NCBI GenBank assembly: GCA_035285545.1
Contig: JAYKGY010000113.1
Span: 1 to 27,556 of the forward strand
Direction: 5' to 3'
DNA from: Snowella sp.
GTDB taxonomy: Bacteria; Cyanobacteriota; Cyanobacteriia; Cyanobacteriales; Microcystaceae
Length of the DNA: 27,556 bases
Part shown: positions 1 through 8,912 of the stretch, in pieces
Numbering within the stretch: the first letter of the stretch is position 1
How the letters are laid out: each line of letters opens with the position of its first letter
Translations under genes and position numbers: made by a program
Notes under the pieces: generated by a model
The model's input: the letters and a program-made list of their open reading frames with translations, nothing else
Told to the model about the DNA's origin: nothing
Databases searched by the model: none

Positions 1-126
1 TAATCGTTTCCGAGGCATCCTTATTCGATGGGCCAAATCTTCTCAATCCTACTTGGGCTTTATTCAGATTGCTGCTTGTTTGATCATCGGCCGCAAACTT
101 CTCACATTTTTCGGATAGGTTCTTAG
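1..126 (+). mobile_element. 3' end of an IS5-family insertion sequence (truncated by window edge)
   Basis: Exact reverse complement of 27431..27556. Frame 2 encodes an IS5-type transposase C-terminus ending in TAG at 116-118, followed by the putative terminal IR end (...TTTTCGGATAGGTTC) and TTAG. The exact end/target boundary is ambiguous. Confidence 0.85.
2..118 (+). CDS. IS5-family transposase, C-terminal fragment (partial)
   Basis: Hand translation NRFRGILIRWAKSSQSYLGFIQIAACLIIGRKLLTFFG* fits the IS5 (IS402/IS427-like) C-terminal pattern RFRxLxxRWxK...YLGF..LA. Confidence 0.8.
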   Translation, partial: NRFRGILIRWAKSSQSYLGFIQIAACLIIGRKLLTFFG

Positions 127-162
127 ACGTAAAATCTATTTTTTAATTAAGTTGACTTATTT
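123..162. repeat. Right-hand remnant of the MITE-like element seen complete at 16702..16846
   Basis: TTAGACGTAAAATCTATTTTTTAATTAAGTTGACTTA aligns to 16801..16841 TTAGGCGTAAAATTTATTGTTATTTTAATTAAGTTGACTTA. A 19-nt block is identical (141..159 = 16823..16841). Confidence 0.75.
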
Positions 163-344
163 GATTTTATTTAATTGAAATTGGTTTCAATGATTAAATC
201 ATCTGTCTCAAGACTAAAGTTTAGAATAGGCTTGAAAAGTTTCTCCAAACTAATGAAATCATTACTTTTTGTTGCAGAAAAATATTTTAAGTCCCCATTT
301 TTATTCAAATAAAGCCTTTTTAAAACACGCTTTTAATCCAGTCG

Positions 345-1625
345 TTATTTTGTTGTTAAAGGAAAATAAATCGTTAAACAAGCTCCACCAGTATCGGGGT
401 TATTTTGTGCTGTGATTGCTCCCCCATGCGCTTCTACAATTTCTTTGGCGATCGCAAGTCCTAAGCCACTGCCTTGACGACGTTCACTGAAGCCTTGACG
501 AGTTCGAGACGGATCTCCCCGATAAAGTCGGTCAAAAACGTAGGGTAAATCGTTGGGATGAAAACCCTTCCCCTGATCACTGATCTGGATTTCGACTCCC
601 TCTGGGGCACTTAATGCGGTGACAACGACCTGTATCCTGCTGTTAATTGGACTATGTTTAAGGCTATTGTCAAACAGATTCAAAAATACCTGCATCAGGC
701 GATCGCGATCGGCGTTTAACGGGATAGAATCAGGGCCTTTGAAATCTAATGTGACCTGCTTCTCTTCTGCTAAAGGCTTTAAACGTTGCCAACTCGATAG
801 GATTAACTCCCGCAGTTCGACGGCTTGATATTGGAGCGATTGATGGGGACTTTCCTTGATTTGGGCTAAATGCAACCAACTTTCTACCAAATGGGTTAAC
901 CGTCCAATCTCCTGAAGCATCTGCTCCATCCACTGTTTTTCGGTTCCTTGCAGCCGTTGGTGCAGGGTTTCTGCGACTAAAGAAATGGCCGTTAAGGGGG
1001 TTCTGAGTTCATGGGTTAGATCGGAAAAGGCGCGATCGCGTTGTAGAGAGAGTTCTACCAATGGTTGCAAATTTTCTAAAAAAACAACCACCTGCTGTTG
1101 GGGTAGAGCATAACCATAGCCTCTGAGCATTAGGGACTGAGTAGCCAGATTTTGTTGGGGATCAATCTCTGTCGCGGGGAGGGGATAAAAAACCCATTCT
1201 TTCGTTTGCGAGCTTTGTTGGTAACGGATTTGTTGAATAAATTGATCCAATTCGTAGGAACGAACCAATTCCAGTAATAACCGTAATTGTCCGGGTTGCC
1301 AGCGATCAATTTGCAGTAAATCACGGGCCGCTTGATTACATTCCAATAAATGATTTTCCCCATCAACCCAAAGGTAACTAATCGGCGATCGCTCTAGGAG
1401 CAATTTCCAACGTGCGAGATCTGCCTCTAATTGCTGACACTGTTCCGTTAAATAGAAAATTTCCCGTCGCACCAAAGAGGTTAACGACAGAGAATTCGCC
1501 ACATCTACCGTATCGGGTAGGGCCGTCAGTAGGGGCTTGAGGCGGCTTTTTAACCGATAGCGTTCCCAGGCACCAATCCCAAATCCAATGGCTATCCCCA
1601 CCAATAGGGCCAAAAAATCCATCAT
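345..1625 (-). CDS. sphS: Phosphate-sensing histidine kinase SphS (PhoR-like)
   Basis: N-terminal hydrophobic helix, PAS-like region with LLELVRSYELDQ, H-box [10 protein letters not shown]-box NLFDNSLKHS, G boxes DQGKG and GSGLGL. Lies directly downstream of a PhoB-like regulator. Confidence 0.85.
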   Translation of the reverse strand: MMDFLALLVGIAIGFGIGAWERYRLKSRLKPLLTALPDTVDVANSLSLTSLVRREIFYLTEQCQQLEADLARWKLLLERSPISYLWVDGENHLLECNQAARDLLQIDRWQPGQLRLLLELVRSYELDQFIQQIRYQQSSQTKEWVFYPLPATEIDPQQNLATQSLMLRGYGYALPQQQVVVFLENLQPLVELSLQRDRAFSDLTHELRTPLTAISLVAETLHQRLQGTEKQWMEQMLQEIGRLTHLVESWLHLAQIKESPHQSLQYQAVELRELILSSWQRLKPLAEEKQVTLDFKGPDSIPLNADRDRLMQVFLNLFDNSLKHSPINSRIQVVVTALSAPEGVEIQISDQGKGFHPNDLPYVFDRLYRGDPSRTRQGFSERRQGSGLGLAIAKEIVEAHGGAITAQNNPDTGGACLTIYFPLTTK

Positions 1626-1652
1626 GCTATAGGGCGGGGTGGAATCATCCCC

Positions 1653-2405
1653 TTAACCAAAACGATAGCCGAAGCCACGTACCGTAATGATATATTCAGG
1701 CTGACTGGGATCGATCTCTAATTTTTCTCGTAGCCAACGGATATGGACATCTACAGTTTTCATATCTCCGAGAAAATCTGCGCCCCACACATGCTCAATC
1801 AGTTGTTCCCGCGACCAAACTCGCTTGGGATAACTCATAAAAAGTTCCAATAGACGGTATTCTTTCGGCGCGAGGGCAATTTCTTCACCCCGTAAAACCA
1901 CACGGCATTCTTTGGAATATAAAACTAAATCCCGATATTGACGGCACGGGGCAGTCGTAACCGTACTAAATCCCTGGCGACGGATCAGCGCACGACAACG
2001 GGCAACTAATTCCCGCATACTAAAGGGTTTGGTGAGGTAATCATCCGCTCCCACTTCTAGCCCCAAGACGCGATCGGTTTCACTGGCTTTAGCACTCAAG
2101 ATTAGGATAGGAACCACATTTCCCTGATAGCGCAACAAACGGCAGATATCTAGACCATTAACCTGGGGTAACATTAAATCTAAAACAACTAAATCAAAAG
2201 GAGATTTTCCCCTATTCCGATCGGCTTCTTCAATGAGGGACAAGGCTTGGCGACCATCAATTGCAACCTGAACTTCGTACCCTTCTTCTTCTAAGGCAAG
2301 GACGATCATTTGCCGAATTACGTCTTCATCTTCTACCACTAAAATGCGATGGGTTTGGACGATTGCACTGGTAGAAGCCTTTTGGGGGACATCAAGAGAT
2401 AACAT
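1653..2405 (-). CDS. sphR: OmpR/PhoB-family response regulator SphR
   Basis: REC domain (ILVVEDE, LDLMLP, DYLTKPF) plus winged helix (KTVDVHIRWLREKLE, TVRGFGYRF). Adjacent to sphS. Confidence 0.85.
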   Translation of the reverse strand: MLSLDVPQKASTSAIVQTHRILVVEDEDVIRQMIVLALEEEGYEVQVAIDGRQALSLIEEADRNRGKSPFDLVVLDLMLPQVNGLDICRLLRYQGNVVPILILSAKASETDRVLGLEVGADDYLTKPFSMRELVARCRALIRRQGFSTVTTAPCRQYRDLVLYSKECRVVLRGEEIALAPKEYRLLELFMSYPKRVWSREQLIEHVWGADFLGDMKTVDVHIRWLREKLEIDPSQPEYIITVRGFGYRFG

Positions 2406-2545
2406 AAATACACTCTATTTTTGCTGCTGTGCCAACATATATCATTAAAGCGATCGCGTAAATTCAATATTTAAAAAAATCTATAGAATGACGCGAGAAT
2501 CGTCATGGAATTAAAACATTTATATTCTAAGGAAAATTCTTAACA

Positions 2546-3292
2546 ATGTTACTACAATTAAGTACCTGGCCAGAAATTGAAGATTATCTAAAGATTTCCC
2601 AAGGCATTATTATTCCCATTGGTTCTACAGAACAGCACGGGCCCACAGGTTTAATTGGAACCGATGCCATTTGTGCGGAAACCCTGTCTAAAGGGGTGGG
2701 AGAAGAAGCCCAGACAATGGTTGCACCGACGATTAATGTGGGCATGGCCTTACATCACACCGGCTTTCCTGGCAGCATTAGCCTCCGTCCCAGTACCCTC
2801 ATTCAAGTCGTTTTAGACTACCTTACCTGTTTAACCAAAGCAGGATTTACCCATTTCTTTTTTATTAACGGTCATGGGGGCAATATCGCAACCCTCAAAG
2901 CGGCCTTTTCCGAAACCTACTATGCCCTAGAAACGGCCAAAATTCCCAATGCCGACAAAGTACGCTGCCAGGTGGGAAACTGGTTTATGTGCCGCTCGGT
3001 TTATCAATTAGCCAAAGAATTATACGGTGACGAAGAAGGAAGTCATGCAACCCCTAGCGAAGTGGCGTTGACCCAATTTGTCTATCCTGACCACATTAAA
3101 ACGGCTCCCCTTTCCAGTCCCGTTGCATCTGGTCATGCCATCTATAGCCCAACCGATTTTCGTCGTCGCTATCCCGATGGGCGGATGGGGTCGAATCCTG
3201 CTTTAGCAACGCCGGAACATGGCCAGCGATTTTATGAAGTCGCCGTTAAGGAATTAACCGAAAATTATCTGAATTTTTTGAAAACAGAATAA
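2546..3292 (+). CDS. Creatininase-family amidohydrolase
   Basis: Family motifs PIGSTEQHGP, GTD, NGHGGN and HATPSE. Confidence 0.9.
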   Translation: MLLQLSTWPEIEDYLKISQGIIIPIGSTEQHGPTGLIGTDAICAETLSKGVGEEAQTMVAPTINVGMALHHTGFPGSISLRPSTLIQVVLDYLTCLTKAGFTHFFFINGHGGNIATLKAAFSETYYALETAKIPNADKVRCQVGNWFMCRSVYQLAKELYGDEEGSHATPSEVALTQFVYPDHIKTAPLSSPVASGHAIYSPTDFRRRYPDGRMGSNPALATPEHGQRFYEVAVKELTENYLNFLKTE

Positions 3293-3310
3293 ACGATTGG
3301 GTTTTGTCAT

Positions 3311-3367
3311 TTAACGCAAGTTCGGGTTAAGCAACAACAGGTAGACCCCCATGCAAATGAGGGCTAG
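3311..3367. repeat. Short imperfect palindrome plus degenerate GTAG-type hairpin between convergent genes
   Basis: TTAACGCAAGTTCGGGTTAA (3311..3330) and GTAGACCCCCATGCAAATGAGGGCTAG (3341..3367). May serve as a terminator. Confidence 0.4.
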
Positions 3368-3394
3368 ACTTCTTGGGAAAATGGCAATCGGCAA

Positions 3395-5296
3395 TTAACG
3401 CCTACGCCACCAGGTAGAGATTGCTAAACCTAAGCCTATTAGGGGAAAAATGACTAAAGATAGCCAAGAGATTAGGCTAGCTTGGACAGTATTTAAAATA
3501 ATACGTCTTTTTTTAGGTTCTTTTGGACGAATTGAAAGCGTTTGCTCATCTTTGGTAGCCAGCCATTGGACACTATTAAGAAAAACATCGCCGTTGAGTT
3601 GTTCCCCAAACCATTGATTAGTCGCAAAGGCAGAGTTTCCAATCACAACCATTTTAGAAGTTACCTTTCCTGCTTGAGGTGTTGTTGCAGGGCTAGTCGC
3701 GGGAGATGGAGAGGATTGGGGGGTTGGGGAAAGGGTTGGGCTGATGGGGGCAGAGGGGGATAATTGGGGAGTCGGGGAAGGACTAGGGCTAATCGTAGGT
3801 TTAGGAGAGGATTGGGGATTTTGTTGCGCCACAGAATAGGAAACTAACTTGACGGACGATGGAGCGTCTTTCAAAGAGGTTGTTTTTGGTGTTGCGGAGG
3901 GTTGGGGAGTCGGGGAAGGACTAGGGCTAATGGGGGAAGAGGGGGAAGGACGGGGAGAAGGGGAAGGGTTGGGGCTAGCCGTGGAAGCCGGAGAAGGCGA
4001 TGGAGTCGGTTTTTGATTGGGATCGATAGTCCGGGTTAAGGCAACACCGAGATCAAACGGGCCATTTAAATCGACTTCAGGATCAAAGGTGAGTTCTTCT
4101 GCGGTTAATTCTTTTTTGGCCCACATTTTATCCGAGGCTTCTAGGATAGTGACGGCTTGAACATTGGGCGTTTTAACCGTAGAAATTGGCCGAGATAACG
4201 GAAAAATAGACATGCCGTTGCCAAATTCCTTGGTAATCGGATGTTCGCCGTAGGTGGTGATGATGGGAGCCGCCGGGCCAAGACCAAGCAGGCTGCCTGC
4301 TCCTGAGACATCTAAAATAATGCGCGGATCAAGCTGGACTCCCCACGGTTTTAAAATTGGGTCTAAGCCTGGATCGGTTTCGGGATCCGCCATAACAAAC
4401 AGACTACCACCGCGATTTAAGTAATTTTGTAGGGCAGTGACTTCTTGGGCAAATAATTTTCGTTTTGGCCCCGCCAGAATCAGGGTGTTGGTATTGTCAG
4501 GAATACCGGCGGTTTCAACCAGATTTAAGGGATTAACTTTAAAGCCTTTATTTTCTAAACTACTAACGGCTTCTGATAAACCTTCTTTCGTTGTATTTAA
4601 AGGGCTTTCCCCATGACCTTGTAAGAAATAAACGTTAAGGACGCGATCGCGCAATAATTTCTCAATGGCATTCGTAAGCCTGATTTCAGACAAGGGTTCG
4701 CGTTGATTAAAATTGATCAAAGTTTGCACTAATTGTCTCTTTTCGCCCGATTCAAGATACACATCACCTTGGGATTTGACCTGAAACGTTTTAACTAAGC
4801 CAGGACGCTGATCCGGATTGACAAATTCAAAGGAAAACTTTTGATTATAGCGACGGTAGTTTTCTAAGAGATCTTTATCAGAAGGGTTCGGGTTACTGTC
4901 AAAAACCCACAGTTTCATGGGCTGCTTCAGGTTAGTAACAATCTCCTGGGTTTGGGGGGAGAGGGTATAGAGCTGATTTTCTGTGAGGTCAATGCGACCG
5001 AAATACCGAAAGGCCAGAAAGTTAATCACCCCTACAATCACTAAAAGCGCAGCCGTCGCTAAAAAAGCATTGGTTCCTGCCTGGGTAGAGCGTCGAGTGA
5101 CCAGACTAGGCGTTTGAACAATTGTCCAAATTAACCAACCTAAAATCAGCACGCTCCCCGCCACCATTAATCCGACATACAGGGGAGACCATTGGCCCGT
5201 TGTTGCTCCCGCTACTGTACCGGCAACAGCTAAAAAGACCCCAGGAACATAGAGATATTTTTTTAGATATTTTAAATAGGGTTGGAGTTTCTGCAT
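3395..5296 (-). CDS. GldG-family ABC transporter auxiliary/substrate-binding protein with Pro/Ser/Thr-rich insertion
   Basis: N-terminal TM helices, RIDLTENQLYTLS, VYFLQGHGE, LILAGPK, C-terminal NGDVFLNSVQWL plus TM and WWRRR. Third gene of an ABC operon. Confidence 0.85.
   Translation of the reverse strand: MQKLQPYLKYLKKYLYVPGVFLAVAGTVAGATTGQWSPLYVGLMVAGSVLILGWLIWTIVQTPSLVTRRSTQAGTNAFLATAALLVIVGVINFLAFRYFGRIDLTENQLYTLSPQTQEIVTNLKQPMKLWVFDSNPNPSDKDLLENYRRYNQKFSFEFVNPDQRPGLVKTFQVKSQGDVYLESGEKRQLVQTLINFNQREPLSEIRLTNAIEKLLRDRVLNVYFLQGHGESPLNTTKEGLSEAVSSLENKGFKVNPLNLVETAGIPDNTNTLILAGPKRKLFAQEVTALQNYLNRGGSLFVMADPETDPGLDPILKPWGVQLDPRIILDVSGAGSLLGLGPAAPIITTYGEHPITKEFGNGMSIFPLSRPISTVKTPNVQAVTILEASDKMWAKKELTAEELTFDPEVDLNGPFDLGVALTRTIDPNQKPTPSPSPASTASPNPSPSPRPSPSSPISPSPSPTPQPSATPKTTSLKDAPSSVKLVSYSVAQQNPQSSPKPTISPSPSPTPQLSPSAPISPTLSPTPQSSPSPATSPATTPQAGKVTSKMVVIGNSAFATNQWFGEQLNGDVFLNSVQWLATKDEQTLSIRPKEPKKRRIILNTVQASLISWLSLVIFPLIGLGLAISTWWRRR
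3764..3931. repeat. Exact 30-nt direct repeat inside the gldG-like gene
   Basis: TTGGGGAGTCGGGGAAGGACTAGGGCTAAT at 3764..3793 and 3902..3931, a 138-nt in-frame spacing, encoding ISPSPSPTPQ twice. Confidence 0.9.
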
Positions 5297-5330
5297 AAAT
5301 CAGGAATCAATTAAACCTGCAATGAATAAC

Positions 5331-6146
5331 TTAAGAACGCTGAAAACGTAACGCTTCAATCGATTGAGCCGTGAGAAAAATTCCTAAAAAAATATAGGTT
5401 GCAAATAGGACAATACTTTTAAAATCTAAAACGCCTGTTACCAAAGTATTAAAATGATCAAAGAGCGATAAATAGGATAAAACTTCTCCCAAAAAACCGC
5501 TAACCCGTTGACCAACGACATCAATAATCCAGAGAGTAAGGATTAAAATAAAGGTCAGAATATAAGCCACAATAGAGCTTTCCGTCAGAGACGAAATAAA
5601 CATTCCTAAGGATAAAATTGAAGCCGCAACCAGTAAAACAGCAAGATTAGCTAACAGGATAATATTGATCGGGATGGCCGGAGTCGCAGCACTAAAAACA
5701 ATAATTTGATAAATCCAGAGTGGAAACATTAAAACCATAAAAAAAGCAAGTACACCTAACAATTTTCCCAGCGCAACTACCCAATTTGTCACTGGAGAAG
5801 TTGCTAATAACTCTAGCGTTCCTCGTTTTCTCTCTTCGGCATATAATCCCATTGAAAGGGCAGGCAATAACACTAAAATCAAAGAAATAATGACTCCTAA
5901 GTAGGCGGATAAAAAATCACTAGAAACATCAAGATTGCCCCCTCCCCCCCCTCCTTGATCGACAAAGGCAGCATTTTGAATAAGATTATCTAAAATAATG
6001 CCAAAGAACGCTCCGGCAATTAACCAGAAAACCGTGGCAATAATATAGGCAAAGGGAACGGCAAAATACCCTAGAAATTCTTTACGAAAGATGGCTAAGA
6101 GATTAGAAATCAAAATCACAAATTTTAACCATAAATTTTTAATCAT
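5331..6146 (-). CDS. ABC-2 type transporter permease (GldF-like)
   Basis: About six hydrophobic segments and the AEERKRGTLELLATSP motif. Overlaps the ATPase stop by 8 nt. Confidence 0.9.
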   Translation of the reverse strand: MIKNLWLKFVILISNLLAIFRKEFLGYFAVPFAYIIATVFWLIAGAFFGIILDNLIQNAAFVDQGGGGGGNLDVSSDFLSAYLGVIISLILVLLPALSMGLYAEERKRGTLELLATSPVTNWVVALGKLLGVLAFFMVLMFPLWIYQIIVFSAATPAIPINIILLANLAVLLVAASILSLGMFISSLTESSIVAYILTFILILTLWIIDVVGQRVSGFLGEVLSYLSLFDHFNTLVTGVLDFKSIVLFATYIFLGIFLTAQSIEALRFQRS

Positions 6147-7176
6147 GGGTAGCGTTATCCCTATTTTCTAAGGTTAGTTCTGGCGTTTCCGAGGTTGCTT
6201 TGTCCGTTAAAACAGCTTGTTCTTCCGACCCAGTAACGGGATCTTCTGTGGTGATCAGGTTTAGAAATACATCTTCTAAGGTGGCACGGGTACGCCGCAT
6301 TTCGTAGAGACCTAGACCATTTTGAATTAATACCTTGGCAATCTCTCGGCCGAGTTCTTGGGCAGAATCGGTTTTGATGTGAATTGTGGCGCGATCGCGA
6401 TTGTCTAACGGTTTGAGCGTAATTTGGGTAATCCCTGCAATGGGTTGGAGTAAGCTTTGCACCTGGTCGGTGTTGCCTTCGATTTCGAGTTCATAGCCCA
6501 TGCCACTGCTTAAGTCGGCCAGTAAATTGTCGGGCGTATTGGTGGTCACGACTTTGCCGCGATTAATGATCGTCACGCGATCGCAGGTCATACTGACTTC
6601 GGGCAAAATGTGAGTCGAGAGAATAATCGTATGTTGATTGGCCAAACTTTTGATCAAATTGCGGACTTCGATAATCTGTTTGGGGTCGAGGCCAACCGTC
6701 GGTTCATCCAAAATAATAACGGGAGGATCATGGACAATCGCCTGGGCAATACCGACCCGTTGTTTGTAGCCTTTCGATAGCTTCCGAATGAGAACCTTAC
6801 GTTTTTCGGTGAGTTGACACCGTGTAATGGCCGAATCCACTTTTGATCGGCGATCGCCGGCGGGAATCCCCTTAATACTGGCGACAAAGGTTAAAAAACT
6901 TTCTACCGTCATATCGGGATAAAGGGGAGGATTTTCAGGAAGATAACCAATGCGTTGCCGGACTTCTAGGGATTTTTCGTGAACGTCATACCCTGAAATG
7001 CGGGCCGTCCCTGTTGTCGCCGGAATATAGCCCGACAGAATCCGCATCGTGGTGGTTTTTCCTGCCCCATTCGGCCCCAAAAAACCGAGAATTTCCCCTG
7101 TAGCGACGGAGAAATCAACATCCTGAATCGCTGCCGTTGAACCGTAAATTTTGCTGAGATGTTCAACTTCAATCAT
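6139..7176 (-). CDS. ABC transporter ATP-binding protein (GldA-like)
   Basis: Walker A GPNGAGKTT, signature LSKGYKQR, Walker B IILDEPT, H-loop STH. Confidence 0.95.
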   Translation of the reverse strand: MIEVEHLSKIYGSTAAIQDVDFSVATGEILGFLGPNGAGKTTTMRILSGYIPATTGTARISGYDVHEKSLEVRQRIGYLPENPPLYPDMTVESFLTFVASIKGIPAGDRRSKVDSAITRCQLTEKRKVLIRKLSKGYKQRVGIAQAIVHDPPVIILDEPTVGLDPKQIIEVRNLIKSLANQHTIILSTHILPEVSMTCDRVTIINRGKVVTTNTPDNLLADLSSGMGYELEIEGNTDQVQSLLQPIAGITQITLKPLDNRDRATIHIKTDSAQELGREIAKVLIQNGLGLYEMRRTRATLEDVFLNLITTEDPVTGSEEQAVLTDKATSETPELTLENRDNATHD

Positions 7177-7396
7177 GGGTAGAAAGAATGAATGAGAACT
7201 ACGTTAAGCTATTATCCCTCTAAAACATCCTTTTTAAATCCTAAACCCCAAGGCGATCGCAATTTTGAAAAGCGTCTTGAACTCAGCAAAACGTTGATAG
7301 ATTAACCCTTTAGCACGCTACAAATCTTACCCAAGTTAAGATGTTAAAAGATCAAAAATTTGCTACTCTACGAACAATGCGGTTCAGTTAATAACG

Positions 7397-8821
7397 ATGA
7401 AAAACCTTCCCCAACTCCCTGGCCCTCGCTTTTTACAACAGATTCAGTGGATTTTAGATCCCATCGGGTATTTAGAAAAAGCCCAATCCCAATTTCCCGA
7501 TATTTTTAAAGCAGGCGCGTTGGGGTTTGGCCCTTCTACGGATAATGTGGCTGGCGATGTGGTTCTGACGAGTAATCCCCAGGCAATTCAGCAAATTCTC
7601 ACCAGCGATCGCAAACAATTCTCGGTTCCGGGGGAATTGAACTGGATCTTGAAACCCTTTTTAGGGGATGCTTCCGTGATCATGCTCAGCGGCGATCGCC
7701 ACAGGAAACGTCGTCAACTCCTCATGCCCAGCTTTCATGGCGACAGACTCAAAACCTACGGTGACTTAATCATTCAAATCACCCATCAGGCTTTTCAGCA
7801 ACGCTATCAAGGCGAATCCTTTCTGGCTCGAAGTGTCACCCAACAAATTTCTCTCGAAGTCATTTTTCAAACCGTATTCGGCTTTCGAGAAGCAGATCAA
7901 GACTTTAATCAGATTAAGACCCTACTAGCAGAAATGGCGGATTTATTTAATTCTCCTATCGTGGCTTCTTTTCTCTTCTTTAAAAATCTGCAAAAGGATT
8001 GGGGCCCTTGGAGTCCTTGGGGAAAATTTATCCGTCAACGGCAAAAACTCGATACGCTGCTCTATGAAGCGATTGCCCAACGGCGAGCCAATCCTGACCC
8101 CACTCGCACCGACATCTTGACCATGCTGATTGAAGCACGGGACGAAGCTGGGGAAACGATGAGCGATCAAGAACTGCGGGATGAATTAATGACCTTGTTA
8201 TTTGCTGGCCATGAAACCACCGCGACCGCAATGGCTTGGGCTTTATATTGGCTGCACTTTAAACCGGAAATTAAAGAAAAATTGCTCGTTGAATTGGATT
8301 CTTTAGGTGAAAACCCCGATTGGATGAACCTCGTTCGCCTCCCCTACCTCAATGCGGTGTGTAATGAGACGTTGCGGATTTATCCTGTCGCGATGTTGAC
8401 CTTTCCCCGCCAAGTGGAAGAAGAAATCGAAATTTTAGGTTATCCCCTCAAGCCAGGTACCGTCATTATGGGAGCGATGTATTTAACCCATCAACGGGAA
8501 GATCTGTATCCCAATCATACCGAGTTTAACCCCGATCGCTTTTTGGATCGGCAGTTTTCTCCCTATGAATTTATCCCTTTCGGTGGCGGATCACGGCGTT
8601 GTATTGGGGAAGCTTTGGCGCAATTTGAAATGAAATTAGTCATTGCCACCATTATGTCCCACTATCAATTGGCCTTAGGAGATACCCAACCCGAAAAGCC
8701 CCAACGTCGCGGTGTAACCCTAGCACCGAAACATGGGGTAAAAATGGTCATGCAAGGTCAACGGAAGGTTCCCTCGTCGTCTGCGGAGGATGCTCCCATT
8801 GCTGTGGGGACAGTGCGTTAA
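7397..8821 (+). CDS. Cytochrome P450, CYP110-like
   Basis: I-helix AGHETT, ExxR (ETLR), PDRF, heme-binding FGGGSRRCIG, and a C-terminal RRGVTLAP typical of cyanobacterial CYP110. Confidence 0.92.
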   Translation: MKNLPQLPGPRFLQQIQWILDPIGYLEKAQSQFPDIFKAGALGFGPSTDNVAGDVVLTSNPQAIQQILTSDRKQFSVPGELNWILKPFLGDASVIMLSGDRHRKRRQLLMPSFHGDRLKTYGDLIIQITHQAFQQRYQGESFLARSVTQQISLEVIFQTVFGFREADQDFNQIKTLLAEMADLFNSPIVASFLFFKNLQKDWGPWSPWGKFIRQRQKLDTLLYEAIAQRRANPDPTRTDILTMLIEARDEAGETMSDQELRDELMTLLFAGHETTATAMAWALYWLHFKPEIKEKLLVELDSLGENPDWMNLVRLPYLNAVCNETLRIYPVAMLTFPRQVEEEIEILGYPLKPGTVIMGAMYLTHQREDLYPNHTEFNPDRFLDRQFSPYEFIPFGGGSRRCIGEALAQFEMKLVIATIMSHYQLALGDTQPEKPQRRGVTLAPKHGVKMVMQGQRKVPSSSAEDAPIAVGTVR

Positions 8822-8857
8822 TTGAAAAACTGCTGTAAGTTTATCTCAGGAAATAAG

Positions 8858-8887
8858 GTAGGGGCGTATTGGGTACGCCCTTTTTTT
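8858..8887 (+). terminator. Intrinsic terminator formed by a GTAG-type REP-like hairpin
   Basis: GTAG then GGGCGTA-TTGGG-TACGCCC followed by T7, 37 nt after the P450 stop, between convergent genes. Confidence 0.75.
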
Positions 8888-8912
8888 GATGATTGGCGAT
8901 AAATTAAATTCG

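Noticed and set aside
1..126. Terminal inverted repeats of a linear plasmid or phage
   Set aside because: The repeat encodes a transposase C-terminus cut mid-gene, the cargo is chromosomal core genes, and no replication or phage genes are present.
2406..2545. Pho box autoregulating sphR
   Set aside because: No YTTAAYYW repeats at 11-bp spacing found by eye on either strand.
3670..4020. CRISPR-like array suggested by the 30-nt direct repeat
   Set aside because: Only two copies, in frame inside a coding low-complexity region, and no cas genes.
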